Origin: Puia sp.
GTDB lineage: Bacteria; Bacteroidota; Bacteroidia; Chitinophagales; Chitinophagaceae
Assembly: GCA_036010185.1 (NCBI GenBank)
Contig: DASYSV010000353.1
Location: 1-35,535, forward strand
Direction: 5' to 3'
Length of the DNA stretch: 35,535 nt
The position numbers and the translations under genes are program-made. Under the pieces are notes generated by a model. That model saw nothing but the letters and a program-made list of their open reading frames with translations, was not told where the DNA came from and did not search any database. Below are positions 33,221 through 35,535 of the stretch, one piece after another (position 1 is the stretch's first letter; each line of letters begins with the position of its first letter).

Positions 33221-35535
33221 TCACTACACTCAAATTATTGCCGTCCTGGCCTTCTCGTTCGCGATGACGCCGATGACGCCAGCCTCTGCCCAATCTCCCG
33301 GACACTACAGTATGGTCCTGAAGGAAGGCTGGGAAATGCAGTCCGTCACAAAAGTGCCGGATGACGGGGCCACTATTTCCCAAAAAAAGTATACCCCTGA
33401 GGGTTGGTACAAGGTGGAGGTGCCGACGACGATCATCGCGGGGCTGCTGGCCAACAAAGTCTATGATTTCGATCCCTTTTACGGTATGAATCTGGAAAAG
33501 CTGAAAGATTCGAGCCTTAACAGGCCCTGGTGGTTCCGGAAGGAATTCACCTTGCCGGCCACACAAAAAGGTAAGGATGTCATACTCACCCTCCATGGCA
33601 TCAACTATAAGGCAAATGTGTGGCTGAACGGCGTGCTCGTCGCCGATTCCGGCCGGATCATGAACCCTTACCGGATCATCGCGCTGAATGTCACTCCTTA
33701 TATAAAAGCAGGAGGCGCAAATGTACTTGCACTGGAGATCCGGCGACCCATCAACCCGCAACGGCGTGGTGGCGATCTGGCCATCGACTATGCCGACTGG
33801 ATCCACTACCCGCCGGACTATAATGGCGGTATCGTCAACGATATCGTGATAAAGACATTCGACCATGTCGGGATAGAGTATCCGCTGGTGACCACGCATT
33901 TCGATCTGCCGTCGCTGGATGTCGCTCACCTGACGGTGGATGCGATGGTCGGCAATTATTCGTCCGGCCCGCAGGATGTAGTGGTGAAAGGCAGGATCGA
34001 CTCATCCATCACCTTTCAAAAGAAAGTACACCTCGAAGCGAATGAATTCGCCGATGTCACTTTTACGCCGGCGGACTTCCCCCAACTCAACGTCAAACAT
34101 CCGCGTATCTGGTGGCCATGGCAATACGGCAAAGCCGAGCTCAACCGGATAGAGTTGTCCGTGATGCGCGGCGGTACCGTCAGCAATAGCCTTTCGGAGG
34201 ATTTTGGCATCCGCGAGATCACTTCTCTGTTCCTCGATACCGCCGCCCGCGTCTTTATCGTCAACGGCAAACGCATCCTGATCCGCGGCGCGGCCTGGTC
34301 GCCGGATATCTTTCAACGTCGTAGCCCCCGCAGACAGGAGCAGGAGATCCGGCTGTACAGGGATATGAACATGAATCTTATAAGGTCGGAGGGCAAACTG
34401 GAAGACGACAATTTCTACGCCCTCTGTGATAAATACGGCATGCTGGTGATGACCGGCTGGATGTGCTGCGGCGCCTGGCAGTACCCGGAATTGTGGGATG
34501 CGGCCAAACGGGCTTCGGCCATGGCGTCGGACAGCAGCGTGATGCTCTGGCTGCGCAACAAAGCCAGCGTGATGGTTTGGCTGAATGGCAGCGATATGCC
34601 GCCGCGGGACACCAGCGTGGAGCGGGAATATTTGGCCATCGAATCGGCGTTGAAATGGCCCAATCCGACGATCTCCACGGCGGATGCCAGCAAATCCAAA
34701 GTTTCGGGATACAGCGGCGTAAAAATGGACGGGCCATATGAATGGGTGCCTCCCATCTATTGGGAGACCGATTCGACGCGGCGGCATGGCGGCGCCTGGA
34801 GCTATGCCACGGAGATCTCGCCGGGACCCTCGATCCCGCCATATGAAAGCCTGATCAAATTCATTCCTAAAGACTCGCTCTGGTTTACGACGGCCACTTG
34901 GAAATACCATTGCGGCACGATGAATTTCGGGACGACGGATGTCTTCAATACCGCCCTGCAGGCACGTTATGGGGAAGCAAAAGACATCAGGGACTATGTC
35001 GACAAAGCGCAGGCGCAGAACTATGAGGCGCACCGGGCGATGATGGAGGCATATGGGCTGGATAAATATCACGACGCGACAGGTGTGGTGCAATGGATGG
35101 GCAGCAACCCCTGGCCGGGACTGATCTGGCATACCTATGACTACTATCTATACCCGGCAGGCACCTATTTCGGTATGAAAAAGGCCCTCGAGCCACTGCA
35201 CATCCAATATTCCTATGCCCGGAATGCCATAGCGGTCACGAACTCATTGCTGCACCGCTTCACGAACCTCCGGGCCGACGCAAAGATCTACGACCTCGAT
35301 GGCAGCGTCAAATGGTCGAAGGAGCGACAGCTTTCCGTCGAACCTGACAGCGTCTGGCTTGGACTCGACGTGCCGGCGATCGCAGGACTGTCCCCGACAT
35401 ATTTTCTGCGCCTGGAATTAAAGGATGAGATAGGCAAGGTGAAAGATATCAACTGGTATTGGTTGTCGGCCAGGGGCGATGAGCTCGACTGGAAGACATC
35501 CAAATGGTTCGTGACTCCCGAAAAGGCATATGCCG
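33207..35535 (+). CDS. csxA: GH2 exo-beta-D-glucosaminidase (CsxA-like), truncated by the window end; absent from the ORF track
   Basis: Hand translation from ATG 33207: signal peptide, VPTTIIAGL..DPFYGMNL, GINYKANVWLNG, WWPWQYG, FGIREI, IRSEGKLE, GWMCC, WLNGSD, KMDGPYEWVPPIYW, ATEISPG and YWLS..DELDW. The frame agreed at every point I checked. Confidence 0.88.
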   Translation, partial: MILHNHYTQIIAVLAFSFAMTPMTPASAQSPGHYSMVLKEGWEMQSVTKVPDDGATISQKKYTPEGWYKVEVPTTIIAGLLANKVYDFDPFYGMNLEKLKDSSLNRPWWFRKEFTLPATQKGKDVILTLHGINYKANVWLNGVLVADSGRIMNPYRIIALNVTPYIKAGGANVLALEIRRPINPQRRGGDLAIDYADWIHYPPDYNGGIVNDIVIKTFDHVGIEYPLVTTHFDLPSLDVAHLTVDAMVGNYSSGPQDVVVKGRIDSSITFQKKVHLEANEFADVTFTPADFPQLNVKHPRIWWPWQYGKAELNRIELSVMRGGTVSNSLSEDFGIREITSLFLDTAARVFIVNGKRILIRGAAWSPDIFQRRSPRRQEQEIRLYRDMNMNLIRSEGKLEDDNFYALCDKYGMLVMTGWMCCGAWQYPELWDAAKRASAMASDSSVMLWLRNKASVMVWLNGSDMPPRDTSVEREYLAIESALKWPNPTISTADASKSKVSGYSGVKMDGPYEWVPPIYWETDSTRRHGGAWSYATEISPGPSIPPYESLIKFIPKDSLWFTTATWKYHCGTMNFGTTDVFNTALQARYGEAKDIRDYVDKAQAQNYEAHRAMMEAYGLDKYHDATGVVQWMGSNPWPGLIWHTYDYYLYPAGTYFGMKKALEPLHIQYSYARNAIAVTNSLLHRFTNLRADAKIYDLDGSVKWSKERQLSVEPDSVWLGLDVPAIAGLSPTYFLRLELKDEIGKVKDINWYWLSARGDELDWKTSKWFVTPEKAYA

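Noticed and set aside
33213-35503. Long minus-strand ORFs (33213..33929, 34002..35132 and others)
   Set aside because: They are antisense shadows of the + strand GH2 gene, which the track omits because it has no stop inside the window. The same applies to most long overlapping antisense ORFs elsewhere.

Overview
Chromosomal window from a moderately GC-rich Bacteroidota, most likely Chitinophagaceae, judged from TAnnTTTG promoters and the gene repertoire. It holds about 40 CDS and one tRNA-Cys. I see no integrase, transposase, phage module or CRISPR array. Main blocks in order: (i) a Cys-rich leader-like ORF and a 59-aa secreted Cys-rich peptide that the ORF track misses; (ii) a GH3 beta-glucosidase split by one in-frame TAA; (iii) an arsR-arsM-metallophosphoesterase-arsN operon with two operator copies and no efflux pump; (iv) a Tat-exported DinB-family protein; (v) a GH3 divergent from an NrtR-type regulator, with a GT-N7-AC operator; (vi) AraC/PhyH, OsmC, VOC, GH8 (LacI-type palindrome upstream) and AraC-hemerythrin-VOC; (vii) two orphan MacB/FtsX permeases and three small genes with sigma54-type promoters; (viii) ArsR-SRPBCC-DHFR-like operon, exported msrA/msrB, tRNA-Cys and a small AT-rich two-gene islet; (ix) a deacetylase-MFS-ROK-GH2 exo-beta-glucosaminidase operon that runs off the right end. 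Short tandem duplications, C-rich on the + strand, recur across the window both inside and between genes. Best candidates for undescribed biology: a possible metal-sensing ribosome-arrest leader (CxxC...WKPP) with its metallothionein-like peptide, the CxC metallophosphoesterase inside an organoarsenic operon, and the strand-biased duplication pattern. All family assignments come from motif recognition by eye; no searches were run.
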